Of a stretch of DNA of 64,000 bases, positions 24,631-35,098 are shown one piece after another. Source of the stretch: Psammoneis japonica (taxonomy: Eukaryota). Location of the stretch: positions 776,404 to 840,403 of the forward strand of contig QPGO01000001.1 of assembly GCA_008632985.1 (NCBI GenBank), written 5' to 3'. The notes beneath the pieces are model-generated. The model ran no database searches. It had not been told where the DNA came from and worked only from the letters and a program-made list of their open reading frames with translations. Position numbers and translations under genes: made by a program. How positions within the stretch are numbered: position 1 is the first letter of the stretch; every line of letters starts with the position of its first letter.

Positions 24631-24970
24631 GTCGCAAGGTGCAGGGACGGAGAACGGGAGGTCGTCATGGTCAAGTCATCAAAACGTGTGTTTTTGTGCG
24701 AAGAAAAGAGCTGCCAAAAGTGCGTTTCCGCACCCTCGGAGTTTGGAGGTCAGAGTTTTAGGGGAGCTGTGGAATGAGGATTTTCACTTGTGGACACACA
24801 CATCCATGTGTGTGTTGACATTGAAACTCAACGGACGGCAAAGCCGTGCACGCGCAACCACGAACACACGCACAGCTCCCCTGCCACAGGGGTGCATTTG
24901 TTCGTTCTTCGAGCACAGTGCAGCCCAGCGCCGGCCACCCTTGCAGCATCTCCAGTGGGAGCACTGTCTG

Positions 24971-27661
24971 GCAGCTCCCAAAAGTCTGCCCAACGTAGAC
25001 GCCCATAGACTTGTGCTGGTTTTTTGTCAAAAGTCTGCCCGTTCGGAATGCACCGGAGGCATGCAAACAGCAGCAAAGTTGTTTTTGCTGTTGAAAAATC
25101 TCGACACCAAAAATGCTTGTCAAAAATTGGCTTTCGTCAGTCACTGAAACACACCCAGTTGAAGTGACTGACGAAAGCCTTTTTTCGACATCTTCAGTTG
25201 TAAGAGCTGCAGAGCAAGAGCAAAGCACAGAAACAAGGTGTCCCACAAGTGATTTGCACAGCATGCAATCCTGCATGAGATTTCGGAACTCCGGATTAAA
25301 TGTCAAATTTATGATGCGACTAATGTTTGTACACAAACACAAAAATCAATTAGAAAAAGGCGAGTGCAACCGTCATTTTTCCTCAAATGAATGCCAAATT
25401 TTCAACGACAAACATTCACTTTCCATCAGGAATCCTTTGTCGACTTCAACTGCATGCCCAAACGGAACTTGATCAAGAATCTTTGTCACCATTGTCTGTG
25501 CCGGGTCGCTGATGCCACCAGGGTGTCCTCTTGGTGTTGACTTGTGCCATGTTGTTCCAATTGGATCTGAACCCACTGGCCACTTTGCAGTTGATCCATG
25601 CTTGCATGCCAAAAACAACACAGAGTTCACCATTTTCATTGATGCATTTTGGGCACCTTCTTCAGTTGCGTCTAGAAGCATGAAGATGAGGGCATGACCA
25701 AATTTGCGAATCACACTCACAGGATGTGCTCGCAACATTTGACTCCGTGTTGGTGTTGGAAAGAGGCGAGCAAGTGCATCGTTCAACAGGTTTGCCCAAC
25801 CATGTGCCATGTCAGAGACTAGACCCAGTGCCCGCATGCCAAACAAAGGACAAATTTGTCACATGGTAAATCCGCAATGAGCGTGCACATTGTAGACAAG
25901 CCACTCCATCTTCCAAGACAAGAGCCGTTTTTTCCCACTGCCCTCGCGGCTGCCGCCATGCTTCGGATCCACATTTTCATCCTCGGTTGAGTTCTCAAAA
26001 TTTTCACCATCACCCATTGAATCGTCCAGCGGCACACAGAATCTGACTCATTGCCACTCTCCCGCACTGCTCTGTCTCTCTCACGATTTGCGTTCCTTTC
26101 TTCCCAGCCGACCCTGGAGTGCCGTCTGACATTCTCACACAAGCCGTCGCCGGGATCGCATGCTTGCCACAATTGAGAAAGTCCAGGAAGGCTTGTTGCA
26201 TTTAAATGCAGGAAAGCAGGTGCAGTCCCCAACAACCCCCCCAATGAGCCTCCAGGCTTTAGATCATCACAAGAGAGAATTGTTTTTGTCGCCATGACAT
26301 TCTCCATGTTCTGATGTTTCAAGTGCAATTCGGAGTTCACCACACTTGATCTCCATCATAGCTTCCACCTCCTTGTTCCTTGTTGGTGCACTTTCAAGCT
26401 TTGCCTTTGCAAGCCGGAGTTCCTCCTTGATGCGCTCATGCTCTTCCGGGTCAACCGCCTGACATTTGTGCCGTTGGTTGTCGTTGCCGGTTGCCAGAGT
26501 TCATTTTGAATCCGACTTTTGGCGTCATTAATTGCATGGAGTGGCTGCCTGTTTCCTGCTTGTGTGGCTGCCATCTTGGATGCCCAACCCGGCAATGCAT
26601 TGCCTGTGGCAGCGCAACTCCTTCCATGACCAAGTGATGGGTTCCTCACTTCGTTGATGTGTTCTTGCGGATTGCAATTTGGAGGCGGGAACGGATGCAC
26701 AAATTTGTCTCCATCTCAATGTTCTTTATGGCCCTGAATCTTCCATCTCCCATCTTCTCCATGACACCGGTTGTGGCGGTGCAGGTGCCAAGGGGCATGT
26801 CGCAACGCATCTGCATTCTCCAGCAACTTTTTGATGGTTTTGTTTGAAACTCCCATCTTTCGCAAGAATGGCTTTTTGTCTGCAAGGCCGGTGGGAAGAC
26901 GAAACATGCCAAAATGAGAGCACCCAACACCCTCACAGATTGGGCAGGAACTCGGGCCCAAGAAGCAGATGGCCGCGTCGCCCCTTTTCTTTCGGCTTTC
27001 CTTTCCTGTCGGTCAAACGAGGACACCAAGAATGGCCATGAACAACACAGCATCCCTGATTTTGACAGACCGCCGGGTAAATGCAATTGCTGTCACCTCT
27101 TGTACCCTTGCAAGGGGACTTGCTGAATGACACCAAGTCCAGTGCACCTTCAGGCACACCAAGAGCTTTTGCCAGCTCTGCGCGAGACCCAACGGAGCTG
27201 AAGTTGACAATGCTCATTCTTTTGCAACACACAAAGACGTGTTGTGTGAAATGTGTTCTGCAGCAAGGCGGTGATTGGTCTTCGAGATAGATGTGTTGTT
27301 GATGTCCATTGCTGCTGGTGTTATGCGATTTCATGGCGGACGCAGGGAGAGTTCCAACAAAAAATTCTGCCCAATTTCCGCTTGACGTACAGTCTGTCCG
27401 TACCCAGGCAAAAATCTTGAAATGAAGAAAGGTCTATTTTTGCACTTTTCTACGTGATTTTTTGTGTAGAATTCGTACGACGGAAATCAAACCGAATGTC
27501 TCACGAGCCAGCGGCCTTTTTGGGATTTGTTGCGTACACAATGTACCAGATTCTCGTATGTAGATACAAAGGTAGAAAAGACAAACAAACATACCGGGAA
27601 CTTCAGTAAAATTCTACGTAATCGGGCAGATTTTTGTCGCGGGCAGACTTTTGGGAGCTGC
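24971..27661 (-). mobile_element. ISL2EU/PIF-Harbinger-type DNA transposon, ~2.7 kb, non-functional
   Basis: Perfect 21-bp TIRs GCAGCTCCCAAAAGTCTGCCC (24971-24991 and 27641-27661), subterminal TCTGCCC repeats and an internal transposase remnant. Flanks are TG (left) and TA (right). Confidence 0.9.
25373..27334 (-). pseudogene. Degenerate transposase (THAP-like N-terminus plus DDE_Tnp_4 core)
   Basis: LLDATE...ACKHGSTAK.PVGSDPIG...GHPGGISD...VEVDKGF matches the ISL2EU pattern DCTE/YKH.T.K/Y.G.ISD/ADKGF with Y->C/H. CPICEGVGC..FRLP lies upstream. Confidence 0.85.
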
Positions 27662-27877
27662 TACTAGCTAGGCGCAGGCATCGAGCGACAGAGGGCAATC
27701 GTCGCGTCGGCGATGATTGATGCGCAGCGCCGCGAAGTGAAAGGTGATTATTGTTAGTCTACCGGTAGAGCCCTATTTGTGTGTTTGGTTGATGAAATGC
27801 ATGATTGTCATAGTAGACGTCTAGCTTTCGCACTCTTCTGGACAATTCTTCTCCTCGAGGAGTCTCTTGCCTCAATC

Positions 27878-28458
27878 ATGAGAATGAAGCAACTTCACGT
27901 TGGATCGAAAATCCCTTCCTCACCAGCAACGCTTCGCACCCTGGATGGAACTGAGGTGCCGTTAAACGGCGATGAAAACCCACTGTAGTATGTTTTCTTC
28001 GTCATTTGGCCTGACTCCCGTGACAAGATCACGCTCGAGCCCTCTTGTCGCAGCTTGAGCATCTCCGCGATGACTGTCGGATCATTTTTGTATCCTACTG
28101 CGATCCCTCCAAGCAACTCCATCGAATGTGGATTGAAGAGTGGTGTAATAATAACATTGACGGTACCTCGGCCATTCTTGTGCTAGATCCAACAAAAAGT
28201 GCCTATGAATCTTGGTCGATACCATCGAGCACAGTTGCAGCCTATGGGATAGCTAACGTTTGGTATTACACAAAGGCCATACTTTGCTGTCGGAGACGAT
28301 CTATTGCCGTCCGAGGCGAAGCTGGTCAATTGGGAGCGGACTTTGTCACCGCCGGAGGAACAGTTTTACTCCAACATTATTGCAAAAACCCAACAGATCG
28401 AATTCATGTTTCAAAAATTGTGGATGCAGTTAGCGGTTATCTTCGTAAGCACGAATAA
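27878..28458 (+). CDS. SELENOL: Selenoprotein L-like AhpC/TSA (thioredoxin-fold) protein with UxxU motif
   Basis: The frame of ORF 28045-28458 extends upstream as KPTVVCFLRHLA-TGA(28012)-LP-TGA(28021)-QDHARALL. It joins MRMKQLHVGSKIP...TLRTLDG if one A is restored in the run 27975-27978. Downstream AhpC/TSA-like motifs are LDPTKSAY, QLGADFV and PTDR. A SECIS candidate lies in the 3' UTR. Confidence 0.85.
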
Positions 28459-28497
28459 GCGAATGAAATACAAAGAATCGCCAGATCGACACGTTTT

Positions 28498-28575
28498 GTT
28501 CAGGGGGTACTTTGGAATGACAGTTCTGCACGCAACATGTCCATCAGAACTTGAATCAACAATGGTCCTTGGATG
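28498..28575 (+). promoter_or_regulatory. Candidate SECIS element
   Basis: ATGAC (28517-28521), AGTTCTG, AA (28534-28535), CAGAACT, TGAA (28552-28555). This gives a GA/GA core, a perfect 7-bp helix and an AA 12 nt after the core. It lies about 60 nt after the stop codon. Confidence 0.7.
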
Positions 28576-29092
28576 GAGCCTGCCCCTCTTGAATATCTTT
28601 GTTTTACCAAGTCAGGTAGATGGATCTTTGTTTTAAGTATTATGTTCAGTTTGGTTTCATGTGGCAACAGCCTTCGTTTACAGCAGCCGCCCTTAAGCCA
28701 ATCCACCAGTGTTTTCTCCTTCTTATTCATGCTCCCCCTTTTTATACTGTCTTTGTGGACAGTGATGGTGACTACTTGTATATAAATACACGTTACGGTA
28801 GAGATAGATCCAACATGGATAGGCCTGTATAGGATAGGAATACAACTTTTCATAATGATTGCCAATCCAGACATCATCTATTTAGAAACAAAGTTTTTTG
28901 CTCTCCTTACGCTCTTTTCACGTTTATCGATCTTTGATTCCAGGTGTCGCATTGCGAAAGTCCCGACCGCTGAAAACACCGCAACTGGATGATGCCCGAA
29001 CTCACAGACAATCAGCACAAATTTCATTTCACCAAACTTCATCATCTCTGCATAGTCGATCGACCCAATTAATTAATTCAACAAAGAGTCGC

Positions 29093-29631
29093 CTAGTCTT
29101 TTCTTCCAATGATCCATCTACCCCATCGGCGATACCACACATTGCGTTGTTCTCGTTCCTTTTTTCTTCGTTCCAAAATTTCCTCCGGTCGCTCGATACG
29201 CTTCGTATTATCAAAATCTTGTTTTCGAATCTTCGAAAGCTTAGCCATCATGTCTTCTTGTTCTTTTCCATTCGGGCTTGTCGTTCCGATCTGTGAGAAG
29301 GAAAATGTTACAAAAACAAAAGATGAGATTTACACGTGTTATTGGAACCTGTATACAAACCGCAACATGGCAACGACTGTATGCACCACAATGCTTACTT
29401 TGAAACATGGCCCTTGGATGCTTCGTATTCCCTGGTTTTACCTTCAAGGGCATTCTTGAGGACATATGCAGCACCGACACTAAACAGCACTAACGGCAAC
29501 CCCGCCTTGACAAACAATTGAGCCGAAGTTGGCGCGCTTTTCTCAGAAGAAGAACTAAAGTTTCTGCGACTCAACTGTGATACAGACCCCGCTCTTCTTA
29601 ACAACACGAGTCGGCCGTAAGCACTCATCAT
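29093..29631 (-). CDS. COX16: Cytochrome c oxidase assembly factor COX16-like, two exons
   Basis: Mitochondrial presequence-like N-terminus and GLPLVLFSVGAAYVL TM segment. Intron 29398-29291 (GTAAG...CAG). Exon 2 reads ...QDFDNTKRIERPEE...GRKD* if one base is restored in the T run near 29264-29267. Confidence 0.75.
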
Positions 29632-29717
29632 GGTTGTAACAAACTCAAACGAATGACAACAAAGTCGATTCCTATGGATGGTAGATGTTGTGTTTTAAAA
29701 TAGAAGATTAAGGAAGC

Positions 29718-32700
29718 CTATGTAGAGCGGAAGGCAACAGCAGAGGGAGGCACGGAGGTAGCTGTAGAGACGGTAGAGTAAAAAGGTCGATGGACGCAAG
29801 ACGAAGGGCGTTTTGTGGAAGGTATGGGTGAGGAGGGGGCAGGGAGAGAGGAGGTGAATCGGAGGATGTGCGTAGAAAGGTGAAGAACAACGTTGTAGCC
29901 AAGAGTTTGGGTGGCCCACTGGGATGGGGTGGCTGTACGGTAGGTGTTTCCAAAGCGATCGGCGGACAGGCGACGCCATGCGGAGTCAGCAGAGGGAAGG
30001 ATTGCAGACGGAGATGACAAAGCGTAGAGGAAGGCGGAGTAGGAGGCATCGGAGTGACGAAGGTCAGAGGAAGAGGACCAGGGTGGCTTGGGCTGAGAGC
30101 AAACAGAGGGGGATGTAGAACCAAAGAGCAAGCGGTGGGCAAAGCAGCCGAGACCACCAAGGTGATCTACAGTGAAGGGGAGTGGAAAGATGCCATTGTT
30201 GTCAAGCGAAGAAACAACAAGGGATCCATCGGCAGAGGAAGTAGAGGGGCCAAGAAACTTCAATCTCGCGCTCGAGTGGTGTGCCTCAGTTAAGATAGGA
30301 GAAGAGGGGGCAGGCAGACCTGGAGGAGGGCGAGAGGAAGCTTGAGGGACGGTGACGTCCACTGCAATGTAGTGATGGCGGGAGGGAGCGGAAAGGGAGG
30401 CGGGAGGGGGGATTGAAATGCCGACATCGGCGGGACGGAGAAGCGGGCGGGTGGGGAGTAGGTTGGTGGGTTCAAGATGAACGTCATTGGGGGATCGACA
30501 GAACTCTGCAAGAGGACCCAAAGTTTGGGCTAGGATGAAAACAGTGTCACGGAGACCATTGGAAAGCTTGGACTTGTGAGCACGGCGGCAAGAAAAGGCA
30601 TGATCACCGTAGGCATCCAGAATGGCATGGCCACAGGGACAGGGAGTGTTGACAAGGGACGGAGGAAGGATGGGGAGACGAAGCTTACGAAGGGCGGCAA
30701 CAGCGCAGGCGTCCGAAGAAAGGCGGGAGCTTGGAAAGCGACGAGAGAAGGAATGAAGAGGGAGGCTTGTAAGCGGAGACAGCAATGAAGGGAGTGAAGA
30801 TTGCACGTCGTAAGATGAGTTAGCAAGGATGGAGGTCACTGCTTGTTGCTGATGTTCATGGTAGAGACGACGGGCCAGACCGGGGAGAGTGGCCGATTTA
30901 ACCAGGGCAGCCAAGGAAGAAGAGGAAAGGGTAGAGGCGGAAGCCAGAACGGGAGCATGACGGCGGAAGAGCGCACAGAGTCGCAGGGAAGAGCGAGGGT
31001 TGGACCAGGAAGACAGGGAGAGCCGAAAGCAGCGCGGAAGGGAAACAGAAGCGCCAGATGGCAGGCTGACACCGTGCGAAGCAAAGCGGAACGAGCGGAG
31101 AAGCGACACCAAGAAGGAAGGAATGGCGGCAGCTGTTGGGTCCCGGAGACCAAACCCGCCTGAGGAGGCAGGAAGGAAGGCGATGGCAATGGAGTGGTCG
31201 GGAAAAGGAGCGGCGAAGGAAGTGACGTAGTGTAGAAAGCGGTGAGCAACGGTGAGGAGGAAATCTTGAAACAGAGAGGTCCAGAGAAAGGGGTCGGGAG
31301 GATTGTCGGGGTCGAAGTTGTAGCAGAAGTCAGCTCCAAGGAGGTGAGCAGAGGATGGAACAAAACAGTGCTTGAAGAGTTGAGCCTGGGTTTGTTTGTC
31401 ATGGAGACGGGTGAGAAGCATGTCAACTTTGTCGGAGAGAGCAGAGGAAGTGTCGGAAAGGAAAGAGGTGGCAAAGTCGTGGGAGCCGAGGGGCTGTCCA
31501 AGGAAGCGAACACCAGAGGTGAGTTCGGGGTTGCAAGAGGGGTCACTGGCAGGGTTTAAGAAGGAAAGTGCAGCACGGAGAGAATCGGCGCAGGAAGGGG
31601 GAAGAGCAGGGATGGGGCTAATGCCGGCAATGGAGGTGAGGATCTTGGTTTTACGGAGGTTGAGGGAGATTCCGCAGGGGGCACCGAGGGCGGAGAAGCG
31701 TTCAAGGAACCATGGAAGCACGGAATGGGGAAGGAAAGCGTGAGCATCGTCAATGTAGGAGCCAACTGAGACAGAGGAACGGCCAGGAATACGTTCTTGA
31801 AGCTCTTGGTTAATCGGACGAAGAACCAGAGAGAGGACTGGGCTGGCGAAGACAGGGCCGAGAGGGCATCCTTGGGCAAATCCCTCTTCTTGAAGAAAGG
31901 AGCCCCAGGAAGAGTCGGGTCGGCGACACCAACATGCATTGGAACTTTGACACAGAAGGTCAAAAAAAGGAAGCAGAGGATGGAAGGCAGGGGTGGAGGT
32001 GAGAACGTGTCGACAGGCATCTCGAGATGCTTCGTTGAACATGTTGACGAGGTCAAGAAGAAGGAGAGCCTTGGCAGAGTCGGCAGAAGAAAGACACCGT
32101 TCAATGTTGGCAAGAGCAGAGTGAATGAGATAATCGAGGCCACCTTTGACACCAATGCCAAATTGACCATCTGGGAGGAGGCATTCGGCAAATGCAGAAC
32201 CAAAGAGAGTCATGACGACGGAGCTGGCAATGCGACGAAGAGCAGTGCCGACGCCAATGGGGCGAAGCTTGTTGAGGTCGCTGGCATCTTTGTGCAGAGC
32301 GACAAAGTGGTTCGAAGCAAATAAGGAATGGACGGAGGAAGGAATGGAGCCATGGAGTAGAAGAAGGACAAGCTCACGAAAGGATGACAAGTGGGGGCGT
32401 TGAGCAACACCTGTTGGGGTTTTGGTGGAATAGAGGGCGCAGGACTTGAAAAGGTCGGTAGAATCAGCAAAGACACCGGCAGCAGTCCCAGGCTTACATT
32501 TGGAGAGAGCGGAAAGAAGAGCATCGGAGGAGAGCTCAATGGGCTCATTATGAAGGGAGGAGGCCGAGCGAGTTGAAGGAGGATCAGGTGGATCGGAGGG
32601 GTGCAGGCGAGGAGGGTAGAGCTTGAGGATGGCAGGAAGGCGCTCAGGAGTGACGGCAGCAACAGGAAGCGCAGAGGTGAGCTTGGAGCAGGCCGAGTGA

Positions 32701-33449
32701 AAGTTGTCTTCGTTGGCGCAAACTTGAGCGGAGTGGCAACAGGTGGAAGCAGAAAAGTCGGGGGAAGATGAGGAGAGGCGTGGCGCATGGGAGCAGGCTT
32801 CGTGGTGGAGTTGGCGAATGCAGCCACGGCGGAAGAGGGACAAGCGGGAGGTGATGGCAGGGCCAAACTTGGAGCGTGGCGGGACAGGAGCAAGAATGAG
32901 AGCTTCAAAGAGTAAGAGCAGCTTCCAGAAGGGAGCAGAGTCACGTTGCCACGTAGGAATGAGGTGGGAGGGGTCAGAGAGAGGCTGGGAGGCGGCCAGT
33001 GCCCAGCTTGTCACATGATGAAGAGCAGAGCAGAGTTCCTTACGGGCGGAGGACGAGAGCTTGCTGCGACAGGAAGCTCGGAAAGGCGGAGGCTCGAGTG
33101 CAAGAGTGTGGAGCCATTGTAGCGAGGGGCCCCAGTCACCTAGATTGTGGAAGGACGAGAGAACAATGTCAGTGTCAAGGGAAGAGCGAGGAGCGAAGTG
33201 CTTGTTCTGCAAGTGATTGCGAAGGTGGGTGGTAGACAGGCAGGTGCATTGGCTGTGATTGCAATGCCTGCAGACATGTAAACCAGCGGCATCGAAGAAG
33301 GACGTAGGTACATGAGAAAGCGAGAGGCGGGGATGCTCCTGGCGAAGATGGCTACGTGTGGAAGCAGGAAGGGATGATGCATCAATGGAAGGAGGGGACC
33401 AGGAGCAGAAGGGGCAAGTTAGCGAGGCACGGGCTTCGGTGGGTTCCAC
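29718..33449 (-). CDS. ORF2: zinc fingers + reverse transcriptase + CCHC/RLE endonuclease
   Basis: RT motifs LRPIGVGTALRR, QFGIGVKGG, LDLVNMFN, QGCPLGP, YIDD, FLGQPLG and GGFGL. C-terminal CPCG..D.YGDHAFSC, RPADV and VDVTV. N-terminal CPFC..H..EH and CRHC..H..KH fingers. Confidence 0.93.
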   Translation of the reverse strand: MEPTEARASLTCPFCSWSPPSIDASSLPASTRSHLRQEHPRLSLSHVPTSFFDAAGLHVCRHCNHSQCTCLSTTHLRNHLQNKHFAPRSSLDTDIVLSSFHNLGDWGPSLQWLHTLALEPPPFRASCRSKLSSSARKELCSALHHVTSWALAASQPLSDPSHLIPTWQRDSAPFWKLLLLFEALILAPVPPRSKFGPAITSRLSLFRRGCIRQLHHEACSHAPRLSSSSPDFSASTCCHSAQVCANEDNFHSACSKLTSALPVAAVTPERLPAILKLYPPRLHPSDPPDPPSTRSASSLHNEPIELSSDALLSALSKCKPGTAAGVFADSTDLFKSCALYSTKTPTGVAQRPHLSSFRELVLLLLHGSIPSSVHSLFASNHFVALHKDASDLNKLRPIGVGTALRRIASSVVMTLFGSAFAECLLPDGQFGIGVKGGLDYLIHSALANIERCLSSADSAKALLLLDLVNMFNEASRDACRHVLTSTPAFHPLLPFFDLLCQSSNACWCRRPDSSWGSFLQEEGFAQGCPLGPVFASPVLSLVLRPINQELQERIPGRSSVSVGSYIDDAHAFLPHSVLPWFLERFSALGAPCGISLNLRKTKILTSIAGISPIPALPPSCADSLRAALSFLNPASDPSCNPELTSGVRFLGQPLGSHDFATSFLSDTSSALSDKVDMLLTRLHDKQTQAQLFKHCFVPSSAHLLGADFCYNFDPDNPPDPFLWTSLFQDFLLTVAHRFLHYVTSFAAPFPDHSIAIAFLPASSGGFGLRDPTAAAIPSFLVSLLRSFRFASHGVSLPSGASVSLPRCFRLSLSSWSNPRSSLRLCALFRRHAPVLASASTLSSSSLAALVKSATLPGLARRLYHEHQQQAVTSILANSSYDVQSSLPSLLSPLTSLPLHSFSRRFPSSRLSSDACAVAALRKLRLPILPPSLVNTPCPCGHAILDAYGDHAFSCRRAHKSKLSNGLRDTVFILAQTLGPLAEFCRSPNDVHLEPTNLLPTRPLLRPADVGISIPPPASLSAPSRHHYIAVDVTVPQASSRPPPGLPAPSSPILTEAHHSSARLKFLGPSTSSADGSLVVSSLDNNGIFPLPFTVDHLGGLGCFAHRLLFGSTSPSVCSQPKPPWSSSSDLRHSDASYSAFLYALSSPSAILPSADSAWRRLSADRFGNTYRTATPSQWATQTLGYNVVLHLSTHILRFTSSLPAPSSPIPSTKRPSSCVHRPFYSTVSTATSVPPSAVAFRST

Positions 33450-35098
33450 GAGGCGATGAGATCGCGGAGGGAGTCGACATCAGGGGCTGCAGCCCGGATG
33501 GCTTCTTCGTAGAAGGGTTGCCAGGTAGAAAGGCGGGCCGGGCAGCAAGCACCTACGAAGGCATCAAGGACATCCAAGAGTTCCATCTCGCGCTGGGACT
33601 GTTGGGGAGAAACCGAGTCATCAGATTCGGTCTGCACAATTGCATCGGGAGCGGTGGGGGGCGGAGAAGTCTGCAAAACTACAGCAGGAATGGCGGGGGG
33701 CGGAGAGAGAGCATCGGGAGAAGAGTGGGGACGTTTGGAGGGAGGAGGCTCGGTGGTGAGGGAGCGGGCTTGGGGAGGATGGGAGGAAGGAGATGCAGTA
33801 GCAGGGAGCGGATCTTGGGGCTTGGGGAGCTGCCAGTCTTGAGCAAGCAGCTCAAGGGCATGACACGAGAAAGAATCTCGAGAGGGAGCGGGCGGCTGAA
33901 GAGCAGCAGAGGCATAGGATGGGGAAGTCACACTGTGGTCATGAGTAGATTCCGCCACAGAGGTGAGGAGATCCAAGGGAAAGCCGGGATAGTTGTGTGG
34001 GTTGGCATCCACAAGGGCAATTGTGCACGGAGACGGGAAAAAGAGCAGCTTGTACTTGATTGGGAGGGAGTCATGAGCAGAGAAGATGGGGATGAGGGAG
34101 CGAAGATTGGTTGTAGCAAGGAGACGACTGATGCCAGGTTGGGTGAGAGGAAGAAGAAGACGGTCAGAGATAACCACTTTCATGTTGCTCTGACGCAAAA
34201 TGAGCTTGGAGAGGGCGCCACAGGTGGAAGCAAAGTTGGCCGGGGCTGGGAAGGGAATGATGGTGGCAGAGGTCCCCAGGATGGAGAAGGAGGCAGGCGG
34301 CGCATTAGATGGATTAGTGACATGAAGCAGGGTGTTCCAGACGGCATCGGAGGCAGTGGAAATGTAAAAAACCGGAAGAGAGCGGCGTCGCGCCTGGGCC
34401 GAGTTAGCAGGGTGTTGCGAAGGACGAATTCCAACGAGATTAAGAAAGGCAGGACAGTCTCGGAAGGATTGGAGGATGGGATTGGTCGCAGTGCTGGAGA
34501 TCTTGCCAACAAGGAAGGAACAAAGGCGGGATAGAGGAAACTCAGAAGTGCGTCGAGAAGAACCGTAGAGGGTTGAAGAGGGGCCAGCAAGGATGCCATG
34601 AGCCTTTTCTTTGAAAGAGTTGCAGGCCGGGATCATAAAGGCACAGTGCCGAGCCCAAGGATTGTCCACAGCCGAAACCGGAGAGAAGTCAGGGTGGAGA
34701 AAATTGGAAGGGGAGCCAGCGGAGCGGAAGGGGGTTAAGTGCAACGTAGGGTGTAGATGCCATTTCTGCAGGAGAAAGGAGAGCGCTTGGCTGCGGAAGG
34801 ATTCGAAGGAAAAGGTGGTGCCATCGGGGGTCACCGGGTGAAGAGCAACGTGAAAGTAGGACGCCCACTGATTCTGGTGAGGATGGGAGCGCTTCTTGGT
34901 TTCGGCAAGCGTCACAGAGCCAAGAGTGAGGAGGAGCGGAGAGACGCGCCGACTGTGATGCTCTAGCGTCTTAAGAATGATGTCGCGAATGACATCAGAC
35001 ATGAGAGCAATGGCAGGCACGTCAGGCAGGTCAGCAGGATGAAGGACCTGAGCTAAAAGCTTGACATCAGCGGGAGGAGCGGAGGCGAGAGCAGACAT
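33419..35098 (-). CDS. ORF1 of the non-LTR element (unknown function)
   Basis: Open from MSALASAPP (35098) to the stop at 33419, overlapping the ORF2 start by 31 nt, with the same strand composition bias as ORF2. Confidence 0.7.
   Translation of the reverse strand: MSALASAPPADVKLLAQVLHPADLPDVPAIALMSDVIRDIILKTLEHHSRRVSPLLLTLGSVTLAETKKRSHPHQNQWASYFHVALHPVTPDGTTFSFESFRSQALSFLLQKWHLHPTLHLTPFRSAGSPSNFLHPDFSPVSAVDNPWARHCAFMIPACNSFKEKAHGILAGPSSTLYGSSRRTSEFPLSRLCSFLVGKISSTATNPILQSFRDCPAFLNLVGIRPSQHPANSAQARRRSLPVFYISTASDAVWNTLLHVTNPSNAPPASFSILGTSATIIPFPAPANFASTCGALSKLILRQSNMKVVISDRLLLPLTQPGISRLLATTNLRSLIPIFSAHDSLPIKYKLLFFPSPCTIALVDANPHNYPGFPLDLLTSVAESTHDHSVTSPSYASAALQPPAPSRDSFSCHALELLAQDWQLPKPQDPLPATASPSSHPPQARSLTTEPPPSKRPHSSPDALSPPPAIPAVVLQTSPPPTAPDAIVQTESDDSVSPQQSQREMELLDVLDAFVGACCPARLSTWQPFYEEAIRAAAPDVDSLRDLIASWNPPKPVPR

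Noticed and set aside
24437..25342. ORFs 24437-25147 (+) and 24758-25342 (-) as genes
   Set aside because: They cross the transposon TIR and the RecQ start and carry no domain motifs.
33356..34534. 392-aa plus-strand Gly/Arg-rich ORF
   Set aside because: Antisense shadow of the C/T-rich ORF1 of the retrotransposon, with no recognisable motifs.
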